Source: Batkoa obscura (Eukaryota). From it: a DNA stretch of 64,000 nt. Made by a program: the position numbers and the translations under genes. Shown in pieces: positions 50,860 to 63,532 of the stretch (the stretch's first letter is position 1; each line of letters starts with the position of its first letter). The notes below the pieces were generated by a model. The model was not told the origin of the DNA. It ran no database searches and saw only the letters and a program-made list of their open reading frames with translations. The stretch is taken from assembly GCA_030770535.1 (NCBI GenBank), contig JASVEC010000025.1, positions 62,001 through 126,000 of the forward strand, given 5' to 3'.

Positions 50860-51595
50860 TTTAAATTTATTTTTTGTTTTTATTGTTTCAATTATTTTGA
50901 CATTCCATTATGTTTTTATACTTTTCACTTGAATACTTGATTTTATCCAACTCCGATTTACATTGACTTGAATTGAATTAAATTGTTAATTTTATTGTGC
51001 GGAGTATTTTAATCCCGATTTTAAGGTAGATTTTGCCACTTAATGCGTAGTACTTCCTTTCAGGAACCTAAAAAAAATTGGACTCCAAAACTCTCAAATT
51101 AATATGGTAAAAAAGTCATATAAAGTCTCACTCTATCAACGTCATCGTATGAATAATTATTGCTTCTATATAATATAACATATTAATAATACACACTTTT
51201 GTTTTCGTTTTAAATATAGATATCACTGATGCTGCCATTATAAAGATGTTATTTACCTCATTAATTTTAAGATATAAAAAATAACTGACTCTTTTTTATA
51301 TTTTATATGGAAATAATAAAAATAGTAATATTTAATAAAAAGCGTACACCTTAAAAAATCGTCATTATGCTTTAATTAACAAAGGCTTGTACCATACTTT
51401 ATTTTTTAATACAATAAAAAGAAAATAATACTATGTTGAATAGATTAAATTTTATTTAAAAAACTATAATAATGTAGTATTCTTTTTATAAAATGTTACA
51501 CTTAAATAAAAAAATTAATTTATGAAAGACGAAATAAGCTAGCTTTTTAATAAATATTAATACTTAATAACAAATTAAATGAAGGTGTTTTATTT

Positions 51596-53963
51596 TTATT
51601 TTTTAAAAAAAGAAAATAAATTTCCGAGGACACCGCTGTTATCTTGCTCAACATTTTCAGTGGCAGCTGGAGTTGAGGTTGAGGTTGAGGTTGAGGTTGA
51701 AGCTTTGCCCATTAAATTATTTAAATGATTAAATAATAATGAGTTTTCATCTTCAAAATGATTAAATGCAAGATCAAATACCATAGGCTTGCATGGAATA
51801 GGCAAAAGTTTAGGTGGTAAATCAATAATATCAGGAGTATATTGATTATTATTCAACTTGAAATTAGGATATTGCTTTAATTGTTGAGATATTGACTAAA
51901 CATATTAATTAATTTATTATTATATATAAAAATACTTACTAATAAAATTTGTTGATGATTTAAGTTTAAATTTGATAAAGATTCAGCTAACAAATCTGTT
52001 TCATTTTCGGAATGGATAGCCCAAATTGATTGAGCTTGTTGAGATAATGAGCGTATGATTTTCTCAAAATTCAAAGCATAGTCCATTGAAATTATACAAT
52101 CTAATTTGTACTCAGATTGAACAGAATCGTTATTAGACACCAAAAATTGAGAAAACGAGGATGAAGAATGTTCGAATAAGGAACTGGCTTCCAAATATTT
52201 TTGTTCATTCAAATAATACATTCCCATGAATGTTTGACTTCAAAAATTAAATAATTTTTAAACTTAAATATAAAAATACCTAACACCTTTAAAATAGGCC
52301 AATTTTGCTTTAACCCATTGCTCAAATTCATATTCTTCTTGGAAAAAAGGAGCATTTGAAATATTATCCAAGACCTATCAAATAATCAGCATTAACATTT
52401 ATAATAGCAATAATATTAAAAACTTACTTGCAATATACCATTCAAGAGTTTAATGATATCTTCAATTCTACCAGTGATTTTCAATTCTGGGGCAACTCCT
52501 TCATTATTAATAATGAAATACTCTTCAATTAAAAATAAATTTCTCAAAATCATTGCACTGAATTGACGTTGATGAACACATGCTTTAAGTAGACTTAAAT
52601 TAGCACTTAATTCTGCTGATTTAGATGTTTGAATCCTTTCTGATGCAATCTAAATTATAAATATAAATAGTAAAATATAATAAAATAATTACTTTGTCTT
52701 CTTCGCTTAATTTTATAGCTATTTGAGTAGCGTCAGAATAAGAAGATATAATTTTGTCATATAAATTCATGACCTCGTCTTTAGAATTATCGCTGTTGCT
52801 AAATAATTGATCTTCTGCTTCCTTTGCTGCAATCATTAATCTTGTTATTTCAGAACTTCTTAATTGAATAGTATGATGAAACCATTTTATATCGTTAACT
52901 TTCTTAGGCAAATCTGATTTCAAAGTAATGCTCTATTTAAAAATAAATCAAATACAAATACATAATAATATAATTACTTCCAAATGAGATGAGAATTCTT
53001 CTAAATAACTCCCTTTTACTTTTGATACAATCTCCTTATTATACTCTTCTTCATTCAATTCGTCTACTTCTTTTTCAATGTTATATAAACAAAATCGAAT
53101 ATTAGGCTCAATGTTATCAACCATTGAAAAATAAAGTGCTTCGTCTTGAGCATTGCAATTTTCACTCTGTGCCAAATTTTCCAAAATAAATCTAAAATTT
53201 AAATTAAATTTGTTAGTTTGAAAAGCAAATAATCCAATTACTTTGACGCTGTAAAATATTCTAAGCACTTTTCCCACTCCTCTTTTTCAAAATAATAATA
53301 TCCATTTATCATAGTTGTATAAGCCTAAATATTACATTTACAAAAATCAGTTTATCTAAATTTTAACTTACTTTGATTTCCAACACCTTGTTTACACTGA
53401 ACAGTTTACTACTATTGATAAGGTCTATAAATGAAGCAATATTTGCAGCCTTTCTAAGTCTTGATAATAAATGGTTTCTTTTTCTAGAATCTTCTAACAA
53501 ACTCGCTTTTATTTCCATCCCATAACTCCATGCTCGTTCACATAAGAATAACAAAAGTTCAAAATAACTAAAATACTAATATTATTTGATACTCTAGATT
53601 TAGTTTTAGTTTACCTTTTATTTTCAGCAAATACCTCTTTCTTATCTTTTAATAAAGTAAGTTCGTCACTTACTTTGTTTTTTTTTGGGCCTCCTTTATG
53701 TAATAAGCCTAAACCTTTTCTTAAACCATGTATTTTACGAGTACAATATTTCCTATTCAATTAGATATGTATAAATACCTAATGCTGTAATTTTATAATG
53801 GAGAATTACCTATATCGAGTATAATCTTGATGTCTTAAACCAAAAGAATTTCTAGTTTCATTTAATAAGCCTAAAACTGCTTTACATTAATATATGTCAT
53901 CTATTATTATTAACGATATTTACTCGGCTCATCAAATTTTTCTTGAGTATCAGTCATGGACAT
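51596..53963 (-). CDS. SRP68: Signal recognition particle subunit SRP68 (about 9 exons)
   Basis: GLRHQDYTRYR, ERAWSYGME, HLLSRLRKA, IEPNIRFCLY, PIPCKPMVFDLAFN. Confidence 0.92.
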
Positions 53964-54311
53964 TTTACCTTTATTAAAAAGAGAGAGTTTTTTATTTATT
54001 ATAAAAGTAGCTATATGAATTTACTATAAAAATTAACCAATGAAATTAATTTGAGTAGACTATGAACAGCTTAATATTATTTAATAGTAATAATACAATA
54101 ATATAATGATATGAATTCAAAAATGATTGATGATAAATACCAATTTAGAACAACATTAAGTATCTTCATTGAAATATTTTTTAATAAAGTATTTTAAGAT
54201 AGGGAAGTTCAACGTCACATTGTTTTAATATTTTATTTCACCATTTTAAAATTATAAAAATAAAAATAGACTTAAAATTTTATACCTTATTCTTTTTATT
54301 TAAATTAAAAA

Positions 54312-55215
54312 ATGGTTACAAATAGTGCTAGTTCATCGTATGTAAAAATAAACACTAAATAAACAATAATAATAGATTATTATAGGATAAGATCCACAAA
54401 CACGGTTAAAACATTATATATGAATGCAAAAAAATCAGGCTCTAATTCTACAGCTTCAAAACAATATCAATTAAAAAAATATGCTGAAGCTACTTTGGGT
54501 CCATTATATTTAAGAGCCGCTGTACAGTTGCCACAAGGTGAAGATCTTAACGAATGGTTGGCAATGAATAGTAAAATTACTTATAGGCTTTATTGACTTC
54601 ATTTAACTATTTTATTAAAAAATAGCGGTGGATTTTTTTAATCAAGTCAATTTATTATACGGTACCATGTCTGAGTTTTGTACAAAGAACACTTGCCCTC
54701 TAATGTCAGCTGGTACTAAGTAATTATCTTAGTAATATTTTTATCCTATGTTTATAATCTTTTAAATATTTAGATATACTTATAACTGGGCAGATGAAAG
54801 CACGAATAACCAACCAATTCCAGTATCAGCACCAGAGTATGTCGATAAGTTAATGGCTTGGATCCAAATTCAATTAGATGATGAAAAATTGTTTCCAACC
54901 AAAACAGGTACTTTGCTTAATATTTATTTACTATTTATTTAGATCAAATTAGGCATTTCTTTCGGTAAAAACTTTTTGCCTACCGTAAAAACAATATTCA
55001 AGCGTTTATATCGTGTATATGCCCATTTATATCACCATCACTTTGACCATGTGATTGTTTTAGGCCAAGAAGTACATTTAAATACTTCGTTTAAACACTT
55101 TATTTTTTTAGTCCAAGAATTTGACTTGATTCCAGATCAAAAAGAGTTAGCTCCAATGTTAGATTTAATTGCTACTTTTGATCAAAGAGAGCCTCAACCT
55201 AGCTCAAGCAGCTAA
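54312..55215 (+). CDS. MOB1: MOB1-family kinase activator
   Basis: [56 protein letters not shown]; 4 introns. Confidence 0.95.
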
Positions 55216-55621
55216 TTCTTTAATAAACTAGTGTTCATTATATAAATAGACAAGAAGTATATTGCGGAATTATATTATAACTGCTTAATAATGTAACTAT
55301 ATTTATTCTAAAAAATAAACAATTTATAGAAAGAATAAAGCTTATGTTATATATAACAATTCCTTTTATTAATAAATTAATTTTTAAATATAATAAATCT
55401 ATTTGAAGTTGTTTTGTAAGTAGAATACTTAATTTAATAAATAGAAACTACAATTCGTTTAAGATAAGGTCAATTAATAATAGCTATAGGTTAATTAATA
55501 ACAGTGGCATCAAAATAGTTCTTGGTTTTTAATTGGCTTAAATTATTCCCATCCAACTCAACTATAAAACATGAGATTTTCTTTTTTTTTCTAGAAACAT
55601 TTTAGAATATTTAAAAACGAA

Positions 55622-55927
55622 ATGAGTGTAAGTTAAAATTGAATATAAAAATACTTAGCAATACTAACATTTTCATAGACTTACGAATTTACTGTAAAAA
55701 TGACTTGCTCTGGTTGCTCCAACGCTGTTAACAAAGCACTCGGAAGATTAGAAGGTATTACTTTAAAAAAAAGATACGAGTAATTTGTTAAAACTAATTT
55801 CATAGGTGTTGACAAAGTCGATATTAATATGGAAGAACAGAAAGTAACTGTCACTGCCAGCACTGCTACCAAAGAGCAAGTTTTTGAAGCAATCAAAAAA
55901 ACTGGAAAGGAAGTTTCTGTTTTATAG
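55622..55927 (+). CDS. ATX1: Copper chaperone Atx1
   Basis: MTCSGCSNAV metal-binding motif and KKTGK; 2 introns; absent from the ORF track. Confidence 0.95.
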
Positions 55928-56150
55928 TCATGTTTTAATAAATTTTAATGAAATAATTTGACTTTATTTTTATATCGTATTTCCACATTTTGTTTATATA
56001 TCATCTCTTATTTATTACCACTATTATTTTAATATTTGATGTGAAAGTAAAGAACTCATAAACTTGGAACTTTGAAAATGATGGAATTTTGCATTAAAAA
56101 ATCGTCATTTCAAAAGAAATCATTCTTAATTTCAAACTTTTAACACTAAA

Positions 56151-58264
56151 ATGGTATTATTAAACAAAGTAAAAAATAATCAAAGTGTATTCAAGTTGAG
56201 AAGTATAAATAACATCAGTAGCTGTTCAAATAAAAAGATTAGTCTCAGTGGTTGTACCTATAAATCAAAAATAGATCTGCCCTTTTTAAAGACAAATAGA
56301 CGAGGATTTAGTATTAAGAATTTATTCACATCAATTTCAAATAAGACCTTTAATTCTGACAATAAGAATGGAGCTAAAGCAATATACAACATTGATAAAA
56401 ATAATAATATAGAAAATATAGATGATAACATTATAAGAAATGATGATGACATCAATAATGAACCAGATGAATTAGTTTCTATTTATAAAGAGTATCAAAA
56501 TTTGACTTGGTATTTTCATCCTTCAGACAAATACGTATCAGTTGACTTACTACCAGAGGATAGTTTAAATGAACAACCGTTTTTAAATGACCCTATAATC
56601 TACAAAGGTAATTACAATACTTGATATTTATACTAATAAGTTTAACTTGTTTTATTTTAGTTATAGTATTAGATGAAACATTAACAAAGGGAATAGATTT
56701 AGTTAAATGCTTACTGGACTCTCCGTTTGATAGTAGTAACGACAGTAGTTTTAGTAATAGTTATAAAACAACAAATGAAAATAAGAGCATTCAAGAAGTT
56801 CAATTTATCCAAAAAGAAGTAAGCAACTCAAAGTTTTCAAACTATTCTCCACTTAGTTATATTAATGGGATAAATGATAGCACTAATATAATTAATCAAA
56901 CAATTTTAAAGTGCAAACTTAATTCGAGTAAACTTAACAATAATGATAAGCATATCGAAGTATGGCTAACGAAAGGGTATGATGAATTAACAAGGATTGA
57001 TAGAGTAAGAGATTATAATATTATTGTAGTATCGAGTTTTAAAATGGCATTAAATTTGAGTTATTATTTAAAACAAAATAACTTAGCGTTAGATTATTTA
57101 AAAGACAATTTAATGATATTAGCTGATGAATGTGATGAAAATATACAAATCTCAATTCAAACTTTGTTCAAACACAATTTCCCATATCTGAACATTGAGT
57201 TTTGTAATATCAATATCTCTAAAGGAAACAACGCTTATAATTTATTAAAAGAATCCACATCCAATGTTACAGCTTATCAAGATAACTGGTTACAGTCTAA
57301 TTTGTCATTATTAAAGGAAAAGATATTTAATCGAAAGGATTTGAGTGACATGAAAATGAATACATTTAGTAGAAGAAAAGAGTATTTAATTAATATATGT
57401 CAAAAAAATATACAGTCAAGGATCCAAGTATCTAAAGATATTATTAAGAAATGTGAGGCTATTTTAAATGAAATGGAAAAAGTGAAACAAGAACTAAGTA
57501 ATGAAATTAAACAAGTAAATTTATTAAATACGCCTGAACAGAATATTAGTTTAATAGAATTGATTGAGCAGCAAAAAATTACGTTGAACGGCAGTAATTT
57601 AATAGCCAATTTCCCATTATCTTATTTTAAAGTGATAGCAAAAATGAAAGAGTCGAATTTTGATTTTAATATTGAAAGCGAAGTTAATAAAGTACAAAGC
57701 TATAATAATATAAAATTACAGCACTTTTGGGATCAGAAAAGTAAGCAACTACAGGATATAACAAATAATAGACCAACAATAACTATAAATTATGTCAATT
57801 TGAACTTATTTCCTAACAAATTAAAAGATATCATTATCATAATTAATAATTTAATAAGTAGTAACAACGTAATTGATGAAGTGTCAAAGAAACAAGAAGA
57901 AATAATAGCTAAATCCATTGTATTTCAATTATTATGTGTATCTTTTACACAGCTTAGTTTATCTTACCCATTACATCCCTCAGTAACACCTACCTTACTC
58001 ATTACATCATCCGTTATGCTATCATTATTAAATGTAGTTTATTTTATAAAAGAATGGAATAGTTATGGGAATAAATTAATAGTTGATTTTAAAACATTAA
58101 ATAACACAATAAATAATGAATTAATTCAGTTGCAACAAAACAATTTAACTAATCATGTTGATGTGCCTTTAAACGAACTAATTAATACTCAAATCTTACC
58201 TTATCATTCAGAATTAATAATTAAGATGAAAGTATTACAATCGAAACTTAAAATTTTAAAATAA
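56151..58264 (+). CDS. Putative mitochondrial membrane protein (Mmc1-like, tentative)
   Basis: Two ORFs joined by intron 56608-56660; basic presequence, LVKCLLDSPF, coiled coil, two C-terminal hydrophobic segments. Confidence 0.6.
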
Positions 58265-58337
58265 AACAATAATTTAATTTTAGTTGTTATTTTATTTACT
58301 CTTTTTTATATTTTATCTATAAAAATAAAACCCTTTT

Positions 58338-60168
58338 TTAATATGCTTTTTCATGTATCTTTTGTGCACGACCAGATGGATCTTCAGGGCAACCCCAATC
58401 TTTTCTTGGAATCCAACGTTCAACAGTATATTGAGATGATGGGTTAGTGAAAAGACGATCAAAGATGGTACGATACCAGTAAGCTTCTTTAGTAGTAGGG
58501 GTATCATGGCTCCATCTTTCTCCAGCTTTAGCTAATTGTTCTTCTGTCACTTCTCTTTCAGCTCTTTCTTTTAAAGAGTCAATCCAAGAATATCCTACAC
58601 CATCTGAGAATTGTTCTTTTTGACGCCATAAGATATTGTGTGGGAGATAAGGATGTTCAGGGGTATCAAAAGCTTTACGTAAAATGTATTTCTCCATTCT
58701 TTGAAGCTCTGTTTTAATCATTTTCTCTTCAGGATCAATATTCATACAAAGATCTAAATAGTCGGTGTCTAAGAAAGGTACACGTGCTTCAAGTCCCCAG
58801 GCCATGGTAGATTTGTTAGCTCTTAAACAATCTGCTAAATGAAGGTTTTTGACTCTGGTAACTGTTTCTTCGTGAAGGTCACTTTTAGTTGGTGCGGCAT
58901 GGAAGTAAAGATAACCGCCGAATACTTCGTCACTACCTTCTCCAGAAAGTACCATCTTAACTCCCATAGCTTTGATTTTACGACTCAATAAATACATTGG
59001 AGTTGAAGCACGGATAGTAGTTACATCATAAGTTTCAAGATGATAGATAACGTCTTCTAAAGCATCATGGGCTTCTTCAATAGTAAATGTTAAGGCATGA
59101 TGCTTAGTACCGATGAATTTAGCTACTTCTTGAGCTGCTTCTAAATCAGGTGATCCTGGTAAACCAATAGAAAAGGAATGAATTTTTGGCCAATTGGCAA
59201 TAGCTGATCCATCTTCATCAGGTAAACCTAATGATTTTTCAGCTTCGCGTGCAGCAATCGATGCAATAAGACTGGAATCTAAACCACCACTTAAGAGTAC
59301 ACCAAATGGTACTTCAGCCATAAGACGACGACGAACGGATTGTTCTAAACTTTCACGAAGTACTTTAAGATCTAATGGAGTGGAAGGAACTTTGGAGCCA
59401 TCTAACCAAGAAGGATTAAAATAACGTTCAAATTTTCCAGTGTTAGAATCATAAATATGACCAGGCGGGAAAGATTTAATGTTATCACATGACTCTTGTA
59501 AAGCTTTCATTTCACTAGCATAGTAAAGAGTTTCTGGATGGGATGAGTGGAAACCATAGTATAAGGTAGTGATACCAATAGGATCACGTGCTACAATATG
59601 ACGCCCATTTTTTGCATCAAAAAGAACAAAACTAAACATTCCTCTTAAATGATTTACTAATTCTGGGCCCATTTCAGCATACTAAACAACATTTAGACTG
59701 TTAATCAATTTAAAATATATATATACTTACTAAGTGAATAATAACCTCACAATCAGAATGAGTTTTGAAAGTAACTTCATTTTTTAATAATTTACGAAGC
59801 TCAATATGGTTGTAAATTTCACCATTGACAGTAAGGATAATAGAATCATCAGAATTAGTAAGAGGTTGAGAACCGGAATCTGTTTATCGTTAAATATAAA
59901 ATAAATACAAAATAAATATAAGAGGAACAAATTGAGAAATATTAATATTACCAACACCAACAATAGCTAAACGTTCATGACTAAATAAGTTGTTTCCTGA
60001 AACTTTACATCCACTCCAATCAGGTCCACGATGTCTTAAACTAAAAAACGTATTAGCTATTATTATTATTGTATAAATATAGTATTACAGTTTAGAGTGG
60101 CTTAAAGCCTTTGAACGAATATTTTCAATATCCGAGTAATAGTTAAGGATAGCAAAGATACCACACAT
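58338..60168 (-). CDS. ASN1: Asparagine synthetase (glutamine-hydrolysing)
   Basis: MCGIF N-terminus, [39 protein letters not shown]; 3 coding introns. Confidence 0.98.
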
Positions 60169-60633
60169 CTAATTAACGATTAACATTTAAAGTTTATTAT
60201 AAAGCTGTTTAGATTTACTTTAATTTCTACTTTAATATAAGAGAAAAGCAAATGATTTTGTTTATGATAATTTTATTTTATACTTACATTATTATTGAGA
60301 ATATTCTAAGGGTTCAAATATAATCGTATAAAGTTTGCAAAAAGTCTCAATAATTCCCAAAGTTAGTAATTCTTCACCTATCAACATCAAAAATGATGTA
60401 GCTTTATTCTATTTCGCTTTAGATTAACAAGTGGTTTAAAATTAAGCTCGGGAATATTTAATATATAACAATAATAAATTAATGATAGCATATTAATATA
60501 TGTTATTTAATATGTATGTATATAATGTTTTATATATTCTTATAAACGATACTAACAAATTTGATTAAATATAACAATCGTTTATTTTTATAGCTTATCT
60601 TTGATAATTGATCTTATTATAAAGTTATAAATT

Positions 60634-60642
60634 ATGACTCAT
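60634..60642. promoter_or_regulatory. Perfect Gcn4/CpcA response element ATGACTCAT upstream of asparagine synthetase
   Basis: Exact consensus about 470 bp upstream of the ATG of a classic Gcn4 target. Confidence 0.65.
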
Positions 60643-61295
60643 TAAAAATAACAATAGCATAATAAATTTTATTGGTTAATAAATCTCCTTTATTGAATAA
60701 TAACGATGTTCACTAAAGAATAATAAATCAACATTATAATATAATGTTCATATATATTATTATTTGAAACTTTTGCTTTCTATTAAACTTTATCTTTGTG
60801 ACCAAAATTGATTTAAACAAATTTTATACTTTCAAACTTTTGAAATAATACATGCATTTATTCAAATAGTGTATTTTTAATCTAATCAAAATGCAAGAAT
60901 AAAGCAGTTGAGATTAATAAAAATTAAGGTGATTGAGCCTTGGATTTATAACTATTTAAAACAAAGTCACTATAATATAATTATTAGTCAATAGCTAATA
61001 TTAAAATTTTTTAAGCTATAACCACTTTATTTTGTCGACTTTTGCTAAGCTGCTAAAAAAGTTAGTTCACCTCTAGCCCCTTGAGCGTCACCGATTTTTG
61101 CAAAATTTTAGTTACAGTTAACCTCTTGAAACGAAGTTGATACATAAGACAATACTTGATCAGTAAAACTTCAAATAGTTGTTAATCAAATCAATTTTTG
61201 ATCAGCTAAATTTTTTAGGCTTCACCGGTTAGTTAAAGCCACTTTCGGACTGGAGGGATATACCCGTCTTATTCATTTAAGACGACAAAATGAGA

Positions 61296-61368
61296 TGGAG
61301 AACCCGGGCATCGATCCCGGTGCCTCTCGCATGCTAAGCGAGCGCTCTACCATCTGAGCTAGTTCCCC
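61296..61368 (-). tRNA. tRNA-Ala(AGC)
   Basis: GGGGAACTAGCTCAGATGGTAGAGCGCTCGCTTAGCATGCGAGAGGCACCGGGATCGATGCCCGGGTTCTCCA: cloverleaf, G3:U70 pair, AGC anticodon. Confidence 0.97.
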
Positions 61369-61420
61369 TGATGTCATTGATTAAAAATAATATTATATAA
61401 AATTGGCAAACAGCCAATAT

Positions 61421-61518
61421 ATGGATGTATTTTTTTGTTTAAGAATTTTACTAACAATCTTTCCGCTCAAATGGTGCTTAAAAAATGGAAAAGTGATAAA
61501 ACCAAAAAAAACATCCCA
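61421..61518. mobile_element. MITE family A copy, TSD ATAT
   Basis: Near-consensus copy ~50 bp upstream of the tRNA. Confidence 0.9.
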
Positions 61519-61729
61519 ATATAAAGATTGTGAAAGTTTTGAGATTAATAATGTGGACTTGAATTCATGTTTAATTGTAAGGAGTTGTGGCATAAATTTA
61601 AAGTTAAATAAATATAGCTTTACAAAAAAAAATTATAAAATAAGCTAAAGTTAGGTTTATAGTTTTATTAAAAAAAAGCTCAAAGTTTGATCTTGTTTAA
61701 ATAAAAGCAAAAGCTTTAATATAATATAT

Positions 61730-61827
61730 AAGGATATATTTTTGTGTTTAAGGATTTTATTAACAATTTCTCTGCTCAAATAGTGCTTAGAAGATGGAAA
61801 ATGATGAGAAGCCAAAAAAACGCCCTA
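61730..61827. mobile_element. Diverged MITE family A copy
   Basis: Core GCTCAAATAGTGCTTA; flanks ATAT/ATGT. Confidence 0.82.
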
Positions 61828-61906
61828 ATGTATAATAATAATATTTATAATAACTAAAATTATAGTAATAATTTTTAATACTACTAGTAAAACTAAAATA
61901 ATATAA

Positions 61907-62004
61907 GGGGATGTTTTTTTTAGTTTTATCACTTTTTCATTTTTTAAGCACCATTTGAGCGGAAAGATTGTTAGTAAAATTCTTAAACAAAAAAATACAT
62001 CCCC
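61907..62004. mobile_element. MITE family A copy, TSD ATAA
   Basis: GGGGATGT...ACATCCCC with ATAA on both sides. Confidence 0.92.
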
Positions 62005-62090
62005 ATAATAAGAAATTAAAAATAAATTACTGTTATTTAAAAAATTAATTTAAAAAAGTGGATAATTTATTTATTTATTTATTATAGTTT

Positions 62091-62551
62091 TGTGAAAGTT
62101 GGTACTCAGTGGTAGGAGTTAAAAGCTACTCTTGCTTAATTAACTTGCCTTGAGTCGAACGGTCTTAGTTTATGTAACTAAGATAGACTTAACTTAATAG
62201 AAATAGTACGTAATAAGCTATGAATTATGTAAACAAATACAATGGAAGATACTACTGTAAAATCTATATAAGATGTTGTCAGAAAGACTTAGTGACTTTA
62301 TTAATAGTATGATATCAGGGAGTAATTCAGTTAAAAAGCCTCGAGTTATCATATTGAAGGATCTCTTTTATACTCCAATAAGTATGGATATTAAAAGGAG
62401 ATAATATTCTTTACAATATGAAGTTATAAATTCTCGCAGCAAATCAAAATAAGGAACTCTGAATTGATTGTGTTTGAACTTGAGAATACAACAACTTAAG
62501 TGATTGTTGTGTTATAATCAATCTGAGAGCTAAATAAAGCAATATTTCACA
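62091..62551. mobile_element. Solo LTR (461 bp, TGTGAAA...TTTCACA)
   Basis: TG...CA ends with 7-bp terminal inverted repeat, internal TATATAA, second copy nearby. Confidence 0.75.
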
Positions 62552-62936
62552 CCAGTATTCGATAAATTAAAAGACCAACCCTAGCTTATTTTATAAAAAT
62601 AACAGAGAATTTAAAAGCTTCAATATTCACTAAGCAAGCAAGTAATTTATTAAATAATAGAAATCAATTATTAAATATTAATATTACTTGAATTGTTAAT
62701 AGCTAAGTTAATAAATAGTCAAAGAGCAAGTAATTGTAATAATAGATAAAAATTATTATCATATTGTTTATATTATATAAAAATAGTTAATTATAGTTTT
62801 AAGGCTAACTACCCTTTTTATGCAGCTATTTATTAACTTGGTAATATATCAATAATATAATTATAACATTAAACTTATTTATTTAATAGCAAATCTGTAA
62901 TATTAACTATAAAACAGTCAATGATAAGTATTTCCT

Positions 62937-62960
62937 AATGAAACCAAAAAAAACGTCCTC
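62937..62960. mobile_element. MITE family A terminal fragment
   Basis: AATGAAACCAAAAAAAACGTCCTC followed by ATAT. Confidence 0.6.
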
Positions 62961-63269
62961 ATATTACAACTTTATTAGTATCAATATATAGGTTGCATTA
63001 GTAAAAGCCTTACTAATCCTGGAATTTTATCAAATTTAATAAAAATTCTGCTAACTTATAACATAAGTTATAATAAAATAATTTAAAACTATGTTATAGA
63101 GTACTTTTGGTTTTTGATAAAAAATTTATTTTTATAAAATTCTAAGCAAAGTTTCTAAAGTATAAAATTTTTAAAAATTAAATAAAAAAATGAAACCAAT
63201 TCAAATATTTTTATATAAAAAAACAAAAAAATAAAAAAACATAAAAACATAAAAATTAAAATAATATTT

Positions 63270-63366
63270 GGGGTGCGCTTTTTTGTTTAAGAATTTTACC
63301 AACAATCTTTCCACTCAAATAGCGCTTAAAAAATGGAAAAAACAATGAAGCCAAAAAAACACCCCC
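63270..63366. mobile_element. MITE family A copy between the inverted LTRs
   Basis: GGGGTGCGCTTTTTTG...AAAAAAACACCCCC; flanks ATTT/ATTA. Confidence 0.88.
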
Positions 63367-63532
63367 ATTATCTTTTTTATAAAAAATACAATTTATATAA
63401 TCATTTAATACAGGTAAAACACATAAGATTTAAATCTAAAATTTCTAATATATTTATTAAAGATAGTTATAACTTAATAATTAATAATTTTAATTTAATA
63501 TACTACTTAATTAAATAATATTTACCAGAAAC

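Noticed and set aside
61393..61648. ORFs 61393-61593 and 61403-61648 (also 30411-30602 and 63333-63518)
   Set aside because: They run through or start within MITE A copies; chance ORFs.
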